A stretch of DNA of 64,000 nt from Pirellulaceae bacterium (GTDB taxonomy: Bacteria; Planctomycetota; Planctomycetia; Pirellulales; Pirellulaceae), in assembly GCA_041739785.1 (NCBI GenBank), contig JBGSNE010000106.1, positions 29,649 through 93,648 of the forward strand, in the 5' to 3' direction. Of this stretch, positions 1 through 9,572 are shown piece after piece. Both the position numbers and the translations under genes were made by a program. Under the pieces are notes generated by a model. That model saw only the letters and a list, made by a program, of their open reading frames with translations. It was not told the DNA's origin and made no database searches. Within the stretch, counting starts at the first letter, position 1, and each line of letters starts with the position of its first letter.

Positions 1-2314
1 TCCAACCATGTTCCATGAAGTCGACTGCCAACCAATCAAGCAGCTCACGATGCTCGGGGACGGGAGCTCGCGTACCAAAATCGTCGCTCGTCTCGACCAA
101 CCCCTCACCAAACATGGCTTGCCACACGCGATTCACCGCGACGCGCGCAGCCAGTGGCGAGCGGCGATCCACCAGCCAACGCGCAAACGCCAATCGATCA
201 GCGGCTGGTTCGAGATCAAACGCATGCAGAGCAGCTGGGACATGCGGCTGCACTGCTGCTTCTAGCGGTTGATCCCACTCCCCACGTAACAAAACGTGCG
301 TTGTACGTTTCTGTGGTTGGGACCGTTTGGATAAATGCAGGACGGACGTCAGCGCTGCCGGATATCGCTGCCACACTCCCTCGCCTTCTTCGTTAAGAGC
401 TTGCAGCTCAGGTACCGACTTCCTCCAGGCAGCGAACAGGTCCGCCCGCTGTTCGTCACTCCGCTCGTCGACCGGTGTGAGTGCCGCAAGAATAGCGGCG
501 TAATCGACCACAGGAGCGGTCGGGTTCGGTGCCCGAGTTGTACTCACTCGGCAACAACCCAACATATCCTTCATCCGCAGCACGACTTTGATCTCGGTTT
601 CCGGCGGGCACTCCAGTGGTTTTTCAAATTGAACCACGGCCACCGATGCTTGATTGCGCTGACCAATCCCTCGATCTGCCTTCCATGCATTCTCGTCCTT
701 GCCATCGATCAAGTAGGCGACCGGTCCGGAAGATTTTTTGCCGTCGTCGCTCTTTTCATCGGGCTGTGAAAAGTCGGCTGAAGCATTCATAAGCGATTGT
801 TTCTCCCACTCGGATTGCCCTGGGCGTTTGAGCAACACTTCCAACTCCATGATATCCCAGCCACCGACACTATTCCGCCCCGGACCCGTGAAAGGCAGAT
901 CGCGATGGGGGAGCGCCTCCAATCGCAAGCCTGTTACACCTTGCCAATCACCGTCGGCAACAAAGAACACATCCGAGCTACGATGGCCTAACATCAAGAT
1001 CGACTGATCGGACAAATGCACTGGATGATTGAGACCACTGATTGTTTCCAGTTGTCGAAAAGTCAAAGGCTGCCAAGCGATTTGTTGATCGACCAACTTT
1101 TGAGTAAAACTCTCTAGTTCGCTCTGCCATACGGGGCGAGCCTGGCGGGCGCGGTGATCGATGGCAGCTAAGTCAGCGTGAATCTCAGCGATTTGTGTTT
1201 GTTGCGCTGCATCATAGACCCAAGACTGAGCTTCGTAGGTATCGTTCAAGCAAGCGAACATGCCATAATATTCTTGTTGACTCACTGGATCGAATTTGTG
1301 GCTGTGACACTGTGCACACTGCGTGGTTAATCCCATGACTGCTTTGCCAATGCAATCCATGCGATCGAACATCTCGAACATACGAAACTGCTCTGGGACG
1401 ATGGCACCTTCTTCGTTGAGCATGCTGTTGCGAAGAAAACCGGTGGCGATGATCTGCTCTTGGGTAGCATCGGGCAGCAGGTCGCCCGCAATCTGCTCGA
1501 TGATGAATTGGTCGTAAGGGAGATCGCGATTGAGTGCTGCTATGACCCAATCTCGCCAAATCCACTGGTCGCGTCGCAGATCTTTTTCGTAGCCGTTGGT
1601 ATCGGAATAGCGCGCCAGATCGAGCCAATGTCGAGCCCACTTTTCGCCGTAACGCTCGCTGTTCAAAAGTTGCTTGACCGTCGTTTCAACTCCATCCTGT
1701 GCAAACGCTTCCAGCTCTTCGAGCGTCGGTGGCAGCCCGATCAGGTCCAGATAGATGCGCCGGCACAGCACGTGCGTTTCAGCTGGCGGAGCGGGCGCTA
1801 GTCCTACCTCGTTCAGTTTGGCCGCCACCAGCGCGTCGATCGGCTGCAACTCCGTCGACTCGATGACCGAATTTGTTGGTGGAACAATGGCCGACTTTGT
1901 CGGTGGAACAAAGGCCCAGTGCGAAGCGTACTGGGCACCTTGAGCGATCCACTGCCGCAGAGTTTCTTTCTGTGCCGTCGACAGCGGATCGTGCTCATCG
2001 GCTGGCGGCATGATCTCGTCGGTATCGGTCGTAAGAATCCGCGCCAGTAGAGTCCCCTGGCTAGCGTCGCCAGGCACGATTGCCGCCTCGCCCGAATCAC
2101 CACCGCGCTGTGCGTAGTCCAAGGCGTCCAATCGCAGCCCACTTTGTCGCGCATCGGGATCGGCACCGTGACATTGCCAGCAGTGTTCTGCCAGAATGGG
2201 TTGCACATCGCGGATGAAATCGATGGCTGCTGCCGCTCGCAGAGCAACCGGCCACGCCATCGCGCAGCTCAGGCTAGCAAAGCACATGCAGAGACCAGCG
2301 AAAATTCGAGACAT
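1..2314 (-). CDS. Planctomycete cytochrome C / DUF1549 / DUF1553 (PSD1) domain protein, 3'-partial (runs off left edge)
   Basis: Manual translation from ATG 2314, open to the window edge (absent from the ORF track because it has no stop): signal peptide, DFIRDVQPILAEHCWQCHG (CxxCH), RIYLDLIGLPPT, GEKWARHWLDLARYSDTNGYEKD, CAQCHSHKFDP, ARVAVNRVWQAMFGEGLV. Confidence 0.92.
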   Translation of the reverse strand, partial: MSRIFAGLCMCFASLSCAMAWPVALRAAAAIDFIRDVQPILAEHCWQCHGADPDARQSGLRLDALDYAQRGGDSGEAAIVPGDASQGTLLARILTTDTDEIMPPADEHDPLSTAQKETLRQWIAQGAQYASHWAFVPPTKSAIVPPTNSVIESTELQPIDALVAAKLNEVGLAPAPPAETHVLCRRIYLDLIGLPPTLEELEAFAQDGVETTVKQLLNSERYGEKWARHWLDLARYSDTNGYEKDLRRDQWIWRDWVIAALNRDLPYDQFIIEQIAGDLLPDATQEQIIATGFLRNSMLNEEGAIVPEQFRMFEMFDRMDCIGKAVMGLTTQCAQCHSHKFDPVSQQEYYGMFACLNDTYEAQSWVYDAAQQTQIAEIHADLAAIDHRARQARPVWQSELESFTQKLVDQQIAWQPLTFRQLETISGLNHPVHLSDQSILMLGHRSSDVFFVADGDWQGVTGLRLEALPHRDLPFTGPGRNSVGGWDIMELEVLLKRPGQSEWEKQSLMNASADFSQPDEKSDDGKKSSGPVAYLIDGKDENAWKADRGIGQRNQASVAVVQFEKPLECPPETEIKVVLRMKDMLGCCRVSTTRAPNPTAPVVDYAAILAALTPVDERSDEQRADLFAAWRKSVPELQALNEEGEGVWQRYPAALTSVLHLSKRSQPQKRTTHVLLRGEWDQPLEAAVQPHVPAALHAFDLEPAADRLAFARWLVDRRSPLAARVAVNRVWQAMFGEGLVETSDDFGTRAPVPEHRELLDWLAVDFMEHGW

Positions 2315-2486
2315 ATGGTGAGCTTTTAGGTAAGTCAAAAGTGGTGGCGAACCGGACCAGAGCCACATCCAGTGTACCTTATGCTTTGGCAGTTCCGGGG
2401 GCAGACTTGGGGGCAGACAAGTTTTTGCGGGTGGCTATTAATCCACCCGACCTTGTGCTGTGTCCCCTTTTCCACCTCCTGTTCTC

Positions 2487-2588
2487 ATGCATCTCATCCC
2501 CTCGAAATACGGTTTGCCCGGCACCTCTGGACTCAAAGAAGAAGTCAAGCAGGGCACAAACACCTTTACGTTCGATCTCAAGGACTAA
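2487..2588 (+). pseudogene. C-terminal fragment of a planctomycete carboxypeptidase-regulatory-like lipoprotein (usual DUF1559 partner)
   Basis: HLIPSKYGLPGTSGLKEEVKQGTNTFTFDLKD* resembles the family C-terminus IP.KY..P.TSGL..EV..G.N.F.FDL; no N-terminus upstream. Confidence 0.6.
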
Positions 2589-2602
2589 CTAACGCAGGTT
2601 CG

Positions 2603-2623
2603 GGGTCAGACCCTGTTTTCAGG
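2603..2623 (+). repeat. REP-like motif identical to the end upstream of the RAYT gene at 26014-26034
   Basis: gggtcagaccctgttttcagg is the exact 21-bp reverse complement of cctgaaaacagggtctgaccc (26014-26034). Confidence 0.85.
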
Positions 2624-2677
2624 TGCTTGCGGGTGGCTAGTGCTTTGTCCAGCTTAAGAATTACGGTTCGACGCGCG

Positions 2678-2758
2678 TCGGGAAAAGGTGTCCGACACCA
2701 AAAGTGCGAAGCACCCGAAGGGCCGTTCCGGCTTTTGGCGTCGGACACCTTTTCCCGA
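2678..2758. repeat. REPIN-like hairpin, family A copy 1
   Basis: tcgggaaaaggtgtccgac ... gtcggacaccttttcccga inverted arms; near-identical copy at 54067-54153. Confidence 0.9.
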
Positions 2759-2841
2759 ACAACCCCCAAAATTATTTGTGGTTGAAGCACTAGCAATCCA
2801 GCTGACAGACATCGCTTTGCAATACGATTACAATCGTAACA

Positions 2842-5800
2842 ATGGGAATGAACTTGCTAGTGAAGTTGGCGATTTTTGTCGCGGTCATCGTGGTGTTCAC
2901 CGCGACGATCGCGAACTGGATGGGGTATCGTTTTGCCCGCGACAGCCTGACCACTCAGATTTACGAGCGCTTGCAGACGGTGGCGTACGATCGCGAGCAG
3001 CGATTGGATGCCTATGTTAGTCGGCAGCAAGAACGCGCTTTGTTGGTCGCCAGTCGAACGCGACTAAGACAGTATCTGGCCGACCATCTCGACGGAAAGG
3101 AATCGGATGAATCCTTTCGCGCCGGAGCCGAACGAATCCTTAGTGACGCAAAAGCCAGCATGGAGGCGTTCTTGGCGATTTCAATTGCCGATCCTAGCGG
3201 ACGCGTGGTGGCGACGACCAGCCAGAGTTACTTAGGTAAGAATTTTTCTGGGCACCCAGATTTCGAGCAGGGAAGGACAGAGACTCATCTCGGTACGCCG
3301 CGTAGCAGTGAGACTGAAGGCAAATTCGAAGCATTCTTGACAACGCCAGCGAAAACCAACGATGGCCAATTTTTGGGCGTTGTGATCGTCTTGCTGGACG
3401 TTCATCAATTGGTGGAACTGCTCCGCGATGAAAGGGGCTTGGGGACAACCGGCGAATTATTGGTTGCCTCCCGGGACGGAGATCGCATCCGGTATCTCAT
3501 TCCCTCAGCCAAATCAATGGCCGAGCAGGCCAGTCCCCGCGATGTGCCTGCGATGTTGCGCGCCATCGATGGCGAGAACGGACAGGGTATTGGCGAGTAT
3601 TCCGGACGGCGGGTGCTCGTCGCCTGGCAGCCGATCGAGTTTCAAGATTCGCAGTTTGCACGCTGGGGGTTGGTCGTCAAAATGGATGTTGATGAAGCCT
3701 TCGCGCCTATCGCGCAGTTGGGCAAGAACCAGTGGATCCTAGAGTCAGTGTTGGTGCTGCTAGGCTTGGTAGCCGCGTTTGTGTTGGCCAAGCGGTTTAC
3801 ACTACCAATCTATCGGTTAGTCAGCACAGCCGATCGAATTGCCGGCGGAGACCGCTACGCTCGTGTGGAAATCAACTCAACCGACGAACTTGGGCGACTG
3901 GGAATGGCGTTCAATCGCATGACGAACGAGTTAGTTCGCTCGCAGGAAACGTTGGAGGAACGCGTCGAAGAGCGAACCAAGGAATTGGCGAACTCCAATA
4001 CGTACCTTGAGAACGCGAGGAGCGAAGCAGAAAAACTGAAAGTGGAAGCAGAGCAGGCGAATCGCGCTAAGGGCGAGTTCTTGGCCAACATGAGTCATGA
4101 GATCCGCACGCCGATGAATGGGATCATCGGGATGTCCGGGCTTTTGGAAGGGACGCAGCTCACGCCAGACCAACGTGAATACTTGGGGATGGTGCGAGGT
4201 TCGGCCGATTCGCTGCTGCGTCTATTGAACGACATTTTGGATTTTTCCAAAATCGAGGCGGGCAAGCTGGAGCTTGAGTACATTCCGTTCGACTTGCGCG
4301 ACTGCATCGAAAGGACAGCCCAGTCACTTGGACTTCGCGCGGCCGACAAAGGGATCGAGTTGGCTTGCCACATCGAACCTACAGCTCCGCAATGCGTGGT
4401 GGGCGACCCGGGGCGCCTGCGGCAAATCATTGTCAATCTGGTCGGCAATGCGCTGAAGTTTACCGAACAAGGTGAAATCGTCGTCAACGTGACGCAAGAG
4501 GAACATACCGATCGATGGACTCAGCTACATTTCTCAGTTCGGGATACCGGCATCGGTATTCCACTGGACAAGCAAGCCGCGGTTTTTGAATCCTTTTCGC
4601 AGGTCGACGCATCCACCACACGAAAGTACGGCGGCACAGGACTGGGCCTGACAATCTCTGCTCAATTGGTCTCCTTGATGGATGGACGCATTTGGGTCGA
4701 AAGTAAGCTAGGCGAAGGAACCAAGTTTCACTTTACAGTACAGCTGGCAATCGGCAATCAGCAATCGGCCCCACGCCCGGCGGCCCTGGCCGATCTCGTT
4801 GGCTTGCCCGTGCTAGTTGTCGACGACAACCTCACCAATCGTCAAATCTTAGGCGAAATATTGCGAATCTGGGATCTGCAGCCAACCTGTGTCGAAGATG
4901 GACCAAGTGCCTTGGCTCAATTGCGGTCTGCTGCAGACTCGGGCAAGCCATATCAGCTTGTGTTGCTCGACTGCATGATGCCTGAAATGGATGGCTTTGG
5001 TGTCGCCGAACAGATGTTGCGTAGCGACATGCTGCGAGAAGCCAAGACAATCATGATTTCGTCGGCGGCCGATAGTGGTGATAGCGAGAAATGTCGAAAA
5101 CTGGGAATTGCCCGTTACATGACGAAACCAGTCGTGCAATCTGAGCTGCTCGACACAATTTTGGACGTGATGGTTTCGCCCGAACAAATTGAGCAGTCCA
5201 AACCCACTGAGACAATCGCTCAGGCCAAAGTCGCGCTGCGTGTCTTGTTGGTTGAAGACGGATATGTCAATCAGCGGGTCGCAGTGGGACTGCTCGAGCT
5301 CATGGGACACAAAGTCGAAGTCGCCGAGAATGGACAGGTAGCGATCGACGCTTGGCGAGAGAAAGACTTTGACGTGATTCTGATGGATTGGCAGATGCCT
5401 GTCATGGATGGCAAGGAGGCGACAATCGCGATTCGTAAGGAAGAGCAAGCCACCGGAGAACATGTTCCAATTTTTGCGATGACTGCCGCTGCGATGAAAG
5501 GGGATCGTGAACGTTGCCTGGAAGCCGGCATGGACGACTATTTCAGCAAGCCAATCGATCCTAGGCTACTGGCTAGGGCACTCGCCAAACTTCAACCTGG
5601 AACTCGACCACATACCGAACCGATTTCTGCAGATCAGGTCGAGCCTCAGAATGAGTCGCGCAAGCCAAAGGGTATCCTGAACGATGGTCCTGCTCTCGAC
5701 TATCAATTGATTGACATCGAACACGCGAAAGAGTGCATGGGTGGCTGTGACGAATCTCGGCTAGTCGAACTTGCGGAGACATTGCTCACTGAAGTAAAGC

Positions 5801-6054
5801 AACGACTCAAAGAAGTTGACGAATCACTTGCGATCGGAGACGCCGTGCGTGTTACACGGGGGGCGCACACTCTCAAGGGCGCAGCGAGTGTGTTCAAGGC
5901 GACTGGTTTGGTCAATATTGCCGAACAAATTGAAGATTTAGGCAACAACAAAGAACTAGACCAAGTCCCCGAGGCTTTGATAAAACTGAAAAGCGAAGCG
6001 TCTATCTTGGAGAACGAACTTCGTCATTACATTAGATCCAATTCCGAGCAATAA
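2842..6054 (+). CDS. Hybrid sensor histidine kinase/response regulator (TM-Cache-TM-HAMP-HisKA-HATPase-REC-REC-Hpt)
   Basis: [16 protein letters not shown]-box, [29 protein letters not shown], two receiver domains ([22 protein letters not shown]), AHTLKGAA Hpt. Confidence 0.97.
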   Translation: MGMNLLVKLAIFVAVIVVFTATIANWMGYRFARDSLTTQIYERLQTVAYDREQRLDAYVSRQQERALLVASRTRLRQYLADHLDGKESDESFRAGAERILSDAKASMEAFLAISIADPSGRVVATTSQSYLGKNFSGHPDFEQGRTETHLGTPRSSETEGKFEAFLTTPAKTNDGQFLGVVIVLLDVHQLVELLRDERGLGTTGELLVASRDGDRIRYLIPSAKSMAEQASPRDVPAMLRAIDGENGQGIGEYSGRRVLVAWQPIEFQDSQFARWGLVVKMDVDEAFAPIAQLGKNQWILESVLVLLGLVAAFVLAKRFTLPIYRLVSTADRIAGGDRYARVEINSTDELGRLGMAFNRMTNELVRSQETLEERVEERTKELANSNTYLENARSEAEKLKVEAEQANRAKGEFLANMSHEIRTPMNGIIGMSGLLEGTQLTPDQREYLGMVRGSADSLLRLLNDILDFSKIEAGKLELEYIPFDLRDCIERTAQSLGLRAADKGIELACHIEPTAPQCVVGDPGRLRQIIVNLVGNALKFTEQGEIVVNVTQEEHTDRWTQLHFSVRDTGIGIPLDKQAAVFESFSQVDASTTRKYGGTGLGLTISAQLVSLMDGRIWVESKLGEGTKFHFTVQLAIGNQQSAPRPAALADLVGLPVLVVDDNLTNRQILGEILRIWDLQPTCVEDGPSALAQLRSAADSGKPYQLVLLDCMMPEMDGFGVAEQMLRSDMLREAKTIMISSAADSGDSEKCRKLGIARYMTKPVVQSELLDTILDVMVSPEQIEQSKPTETIAQAKVALRVLLVEDGYVNQRVAVGLLELMGHKVEVAENGQVAIDAWREKDFDVILMDWQMPVMDGKEATIAIRKEEQATGEHVPIFAMTAAAMKGDRERCLEAGMDDYFSKPIDPRLLARALAKLQPGTRPHTEPISADQVEPQNESRKPKGILNDGPALDYQLIDIEHAKECMGGCDESRLVELAETLLTEVKQRLKEVDESLAIGDAVRVTRGAHTLKGAASVFKATGLVNIAEQIEDLGNNKELDQVPEALIKLKSEASILENELRHYIRSNSEQ

Positions 6055-6321
6055 TCGATTAACCCGATCGCCTAAGTAAGGTTCACGGCAGCGCTGTTGA
6101 ATGAGCGCAAGGACCGTTGGATACAACTTGTCGACCGCGAACCTGAAAGCGTTGCCGGACATCATGACAGGGAATCCAATGCAGATGCCCAAACAGAGCA
6201 AACACACGCGGCAAGCCTGAGTGCGCCCTTCCAGAAGCTATAATTGGCAGAAAGCAATATCAAATCCTTGGCGGACTCCGCCTTACTCTCAACGCTTCGG
6301 CAACTAATAAGGGCACGAACC

Positions 6322-7365
6322 ATGACTAAACACCGAATGCAGTTCGTGACACCTAACTCGTCGCCCGTGTGTATACTTTCGTTGTTGATCGTGAGCCTGA
6401 TTTCGATCAGTACGGCTGCCAATGGCCAGGACATCGTGGCAGCCTGCGTGAAGCTAGGCCGTGGCGTTAACATTGGCAATTTTTTTGAAGTTCCTCGTGA
6501 CCAAGATTGGGGAGTGAAACTTACGCCCGACCACTTGGCCCTGATTAAGCAAGCTGGCTTCGACAGTATTCGATTGCCTGTCAAATGGTCCGATTACGCC
6601 GACACCGATCCGCCGTATGCGATTGAACACGAGTTTTTTGAGCGCGTTGATGCTTGGCTGGATCGGGCGGAGTTGGAGCATCTCAATGTGGTGCTCAACA
6701 CCCATCACTACAACAGTTTGGATAGCGATCCTGTAACGCACACGAACCGCTTCGCCGCGATGTGGAGAGAGATCGGTCATCGCTATCAGTCGCGCGGCTC
6801 GTGGCTCTATTTCGAACTGGCCAACGAACCACACGACCAACTCACAGACCATTGGAATGCAATTCTTTTACAGGGCCTAGAGGCAGTCCGCGCCAGCAAT
6901 CCCAATCGCCCGGTAATCATTGGACCGGTGCACTGGAATGGCATTCGTGGCTTGCCGCAGCTCAAGCTTCCTGACGATCCCAATTTGATCGTCACCGTCC
7001 ACATGTACAATCCGCATGATTTCACTCATCAAGTTGCATCCTGGGCGGACGATAAAGTACGTGGGCTGAAAAACCAGCCATGGGGGACGGCAGAAGAGTT
7101 GACGGCCCTCAAACGGGAATTGCAACAAGCCGCAGATTGGAGCAAGCAGCACAATCGTCCAATCTACTTAGGCGAATTTGGCGCCTTCGAAAAAGCGCCG
7201 CATGCAAGTCGTATTCGCTGGACCTCCGCCGTTGCCCGTACTGCCGAGGAACTACAAATGAGTTGGGCCTACTGGGAATTTGGTGCTGGCTTTGGTATCT
7301 ACGATTTAGACCAAAAACAATGGCGTAGCGAGCTACTTCGTGCGCTAATCCCGGACCAGCGATAG
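6322..7365 (+). CDS. Glycoside hydrolase family 5 (endoglucanase-like), secreted
   Basis: GRGVNIGN, GFDSIRLPV, FELANEPH (acid/base Glu), VHMYNP, IYLGEFG (nucleophile), WAYWEF; signal peptide. Confidence 0.93.
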   Translation: MTKHRMQFVTPNSSPVCILSLLIVSLISISTAANGQDIVAACVKLGRGVNIGNFFEVPRDQDWGVKLTPDHLALIKQAGFDSIRLPVKWSDYADTDPPYAIEHEFFERVDAWLDRAELEHLNVVLNTHHYNSLDSDPVTHTNRFAAMWREIGHRYQSRGSWLYFELANEPHDQLTDHWNAILLQGLEAVRASNPNRPVIIGPVHWNGIRGLPQLKLPDDPNLIVTVHMYNPHDFTHQVASWADDKVRGLKNQPWGTAEELTALKRELQQAADWSKQHNRPIYLGEFGAFEKAPHASRIRWTSAVARTAEELQMSWAYWEFGAGFGIYDLDQKQWRSELLRALIPDQR

Positions 7366-7390
7366 GGGGCTGACCCGAATGGCTCCCCTT
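7364..7390. repeat. REP-like hairpin between convergent genes
   Basis: agggggctgacccgaatggctcccct; related to ggggggcagacccgaatggcac at 25272-25294. Confidence 0.55.
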
Positions 7391-8168
7391 AGTAGTATCC
7401 TTTCAATCCGGTCGCACAGAAGTAGCCACTGGGATGCATGGCATGCCAAGCCGCTAGATTGGTGACTTCGAAATCAATCTCATCCATGGGTATAGATTCT
7501 GCCAAACAGTGGCACCGGCCATTGATTGAGAAAATCAGCTCGCGTTCATTCGTCATACCTGCCAAACCGAACTGTACCGGTTCATTGGCAGAATTTCTGA
7601 AAACTCGCGTGCGTTGTTTGGCGGGCCAATGGACGACGGTTAGTCGATGATTGGCGTGGCAAAAGCTATAGATTGTGTGCTCAAGGTTGACCATTCCCGC
7701 CATTGAGAATGCAAAATGGTCGCCTTCGGTGTTGAAGCAAATCACGTTGATTTCTTGTGGATCAGGTACTTGGCTGATCGGCGTCCACCGCATCTCTGCA
7801 CGACAAATCTCCCAGTAACCGACTACCATAGATTCCTTTTGTTGATCACTGATTTGCCAGTAGTCCTCGTCGACGTTGGTTGCGCTCTGCACTAATTGGC
7901 GGAGCGGAGATTTTACTTTTGCCTCGGTAGGGGCTTCATCGAATGAGTCAGGTTGGTGATTGAAGCTGGCTTTTAGTTCCGACGCAGCAGCTGGCTGCCA
8001 ACTTGCATCGGAGTTTCGTAGTGTATTTCGCAGATAGCAACTAAAACCGACGATCTCCAATGCAAGCGTGAAAGATATAGCTGCATAGAATCCAAGTGAC
8101 ATCCGTGCAGGATTGAGATCCTTCGATTTCGGAGAATCAGGCGGAGCATGCATCAGGCGTCGTCCCAA
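7389..8168 (-). CDS. Hypothetical protein with N-terminal TM segment
   Basis: 259-aa ORF filling the gap between genes; hydrophobic LGFYAAISFTLALEIVGFSCYL; no recognised family. Confidence 0.6.
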   Translation of the reverse strand: MGRRLMHAPPDSPKSKDLNPARMSLGFYAAISFTLALEIVGFSCYLRNTLRNSDASWQPAAASELKASFNHQPDSFDEAPTEAKVKSPLRQLVQSATNVDEDYWQISDQQKESMVVGYWEICRAEMRWTPISQVPDPQEINVICFNTEGDHFAFSMAGMVNLEHTIYSFCHANHRLTVVHWPAKQRTRVFRNSANEPVQFGLAGMTNERELIFSINGRCHCLAESIPMDEIDFEVTNLAAWHAMHPSGYFCATGLKGYY

Positions 8169-8727
8169 GTTAGTGGCTTTTTCTAGCTATTCGCCGAGGT
8201 CTGCAGGATCTTGATGGTTGCCAAGCGGTTTCCGGACAATCAGAATTCCTAGTTGGCCTCAGGGAACGGTCTGTTTCCATTGGAGGCCAAGTCAGAGGTT
8301 TTCGGTCGTCCTTTCTCGGTGAATTGCGTTTTGTTGATTCAACAAGCTAATGCGTTTTTTAAGCTCTGCGCGCCTCAACTAATTCCTGTTGTCGGGTTGG
8401 AAGACAATGAAAATATCAACAGATGCACGGAACCGTTTCCGCTATACCAAAACTGCTCAACTCAAACCTAGCCTCCTATCAAAGCGTCGTCCCATTTATT
8501 TTCTTTGGAGATCGCTGTTGGGGGGTGCCAGGGGTTTTCGAGTGCCAATCACTGAAACTTGGAGATACCCTTGCTGCTGCGTACCGAGCGGTTCCCACCT
8601 GCTCAGCCCGCAATGCTAAACTGAGCCGTCAGAACTGCCTCTGCATTTTGACGCTTCGTGAATTGCCTCAGACGCGTTTCGAGTATGAGATTTTCAGGAG
8701 TGATGTCGCCTTGGAAGCCTTAGCAAG

Positions 8728-9294
8728 ATGAATGATTTGACAATGATCTTGGCCGCGGTAGAGCGAGGCGAGGCTCTGGCTGCGGAGCAATTGCTGCCAC
8801 TTGTCTACGAGGAGTTGCGTATGTTGGCAGCGAATAAGCTCAAGCATGAAACTCCTGGTCAAACGCTTCAACCGACAGCGCTCGTGCACGAGGCATACCT
8901 GAGGCTAGTTGATCAAACTAGCGAACCGGCGTGGGACTCTCGAGCCCATTTCTTCGGAGCTGCAGCTGAAGCGATGAGGCGAATTTTGGTTGATCGAGCT
9001 CGACGCAAGATTCGTCCCAAACATGGAGGCCAGCGAAAGCGGGTCGATTTTGATGGCACCATGGCGGGGGATCATCTAGTTGCCAATGAAGAGTTGTTGG
9101 CTGTGCATGAGGCTTTGGAGCTCTATGAACGTGAGGACGCGACGAAGGCCCGCCTGGTAAAGCTGCGGTATTTCGCTGGAATGTCACTCGAGGAAGCTGC
9201 CGCGGCTATGAAGATCTCGCGGGCCACTGCCTCCCGCTACTGGACCGTTGCGAAAGCCCGACTGTATTGCAAGTTGCAAGATTTGGGCGATTAG
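8728..9294 (+). CDS. ECF RNA polymerase sigma factor (TIGR02999-type, kinase-associated)
   Basis: AAEQLLPLVYEELRMLA, GQTLQPTALVHEAYLRLV, HFFGAAAEAMRRILVDRAR, LVKLRYFAG, W..AKARL. Confidence 0.95.
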   Translation: MNDLTMILAAVERGEALAAEQLLPLVYEELRMLAANKLKHETPGQTLQPTALVHEAYLRLVDQTSEPAWDSRAHFFGAAAEAMRRILVDRARRKIRPKHGGQRKRVDFDGTMAGDHLVANEELLAVHEALELYEREDATKARLVKLRYFAGMSLEEAAAAMKISRATASRYWTVAKARLYCKLQDLGD

Positions 9295-9572
9295 CCCGCA
9301 ACCTTGGCTGGTGAAATTCTAGCGCATTCTGCAGCGGGGCATTCCTTGCTTGAAGCCAAGCAAAAAAGGTTTTGGACCACTTACGGACCCAGCACAATCA
9401 TCGGATATGGTGATAATTTAGACAGTGACCAACACCTCTGTTTGTTGGGCTTTAATTCGGCTCCAGTAGCAGCTTGGTGTTCGGATTGGCGCACCGAGCT
9501 GGAAATATCTGAGGCGTGCCTTGTCGCAAACTCGCATTAAGTTGGTGGAATCAACATAACTTGGAGCGATCT

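Noticed and set aside
1-2330. Many short ORFs listed in 1-2330
   Set aside because: Shadow frames of the long minus-strand DUF1553 gene that runs off the edge
9510-9538. ECF promoter tgaggc-N17-cgcatt upstream of the STK
   Set aside because: Plausible, but no matching second copy was found upstream of the ECF; cannot be supported without motif statistics
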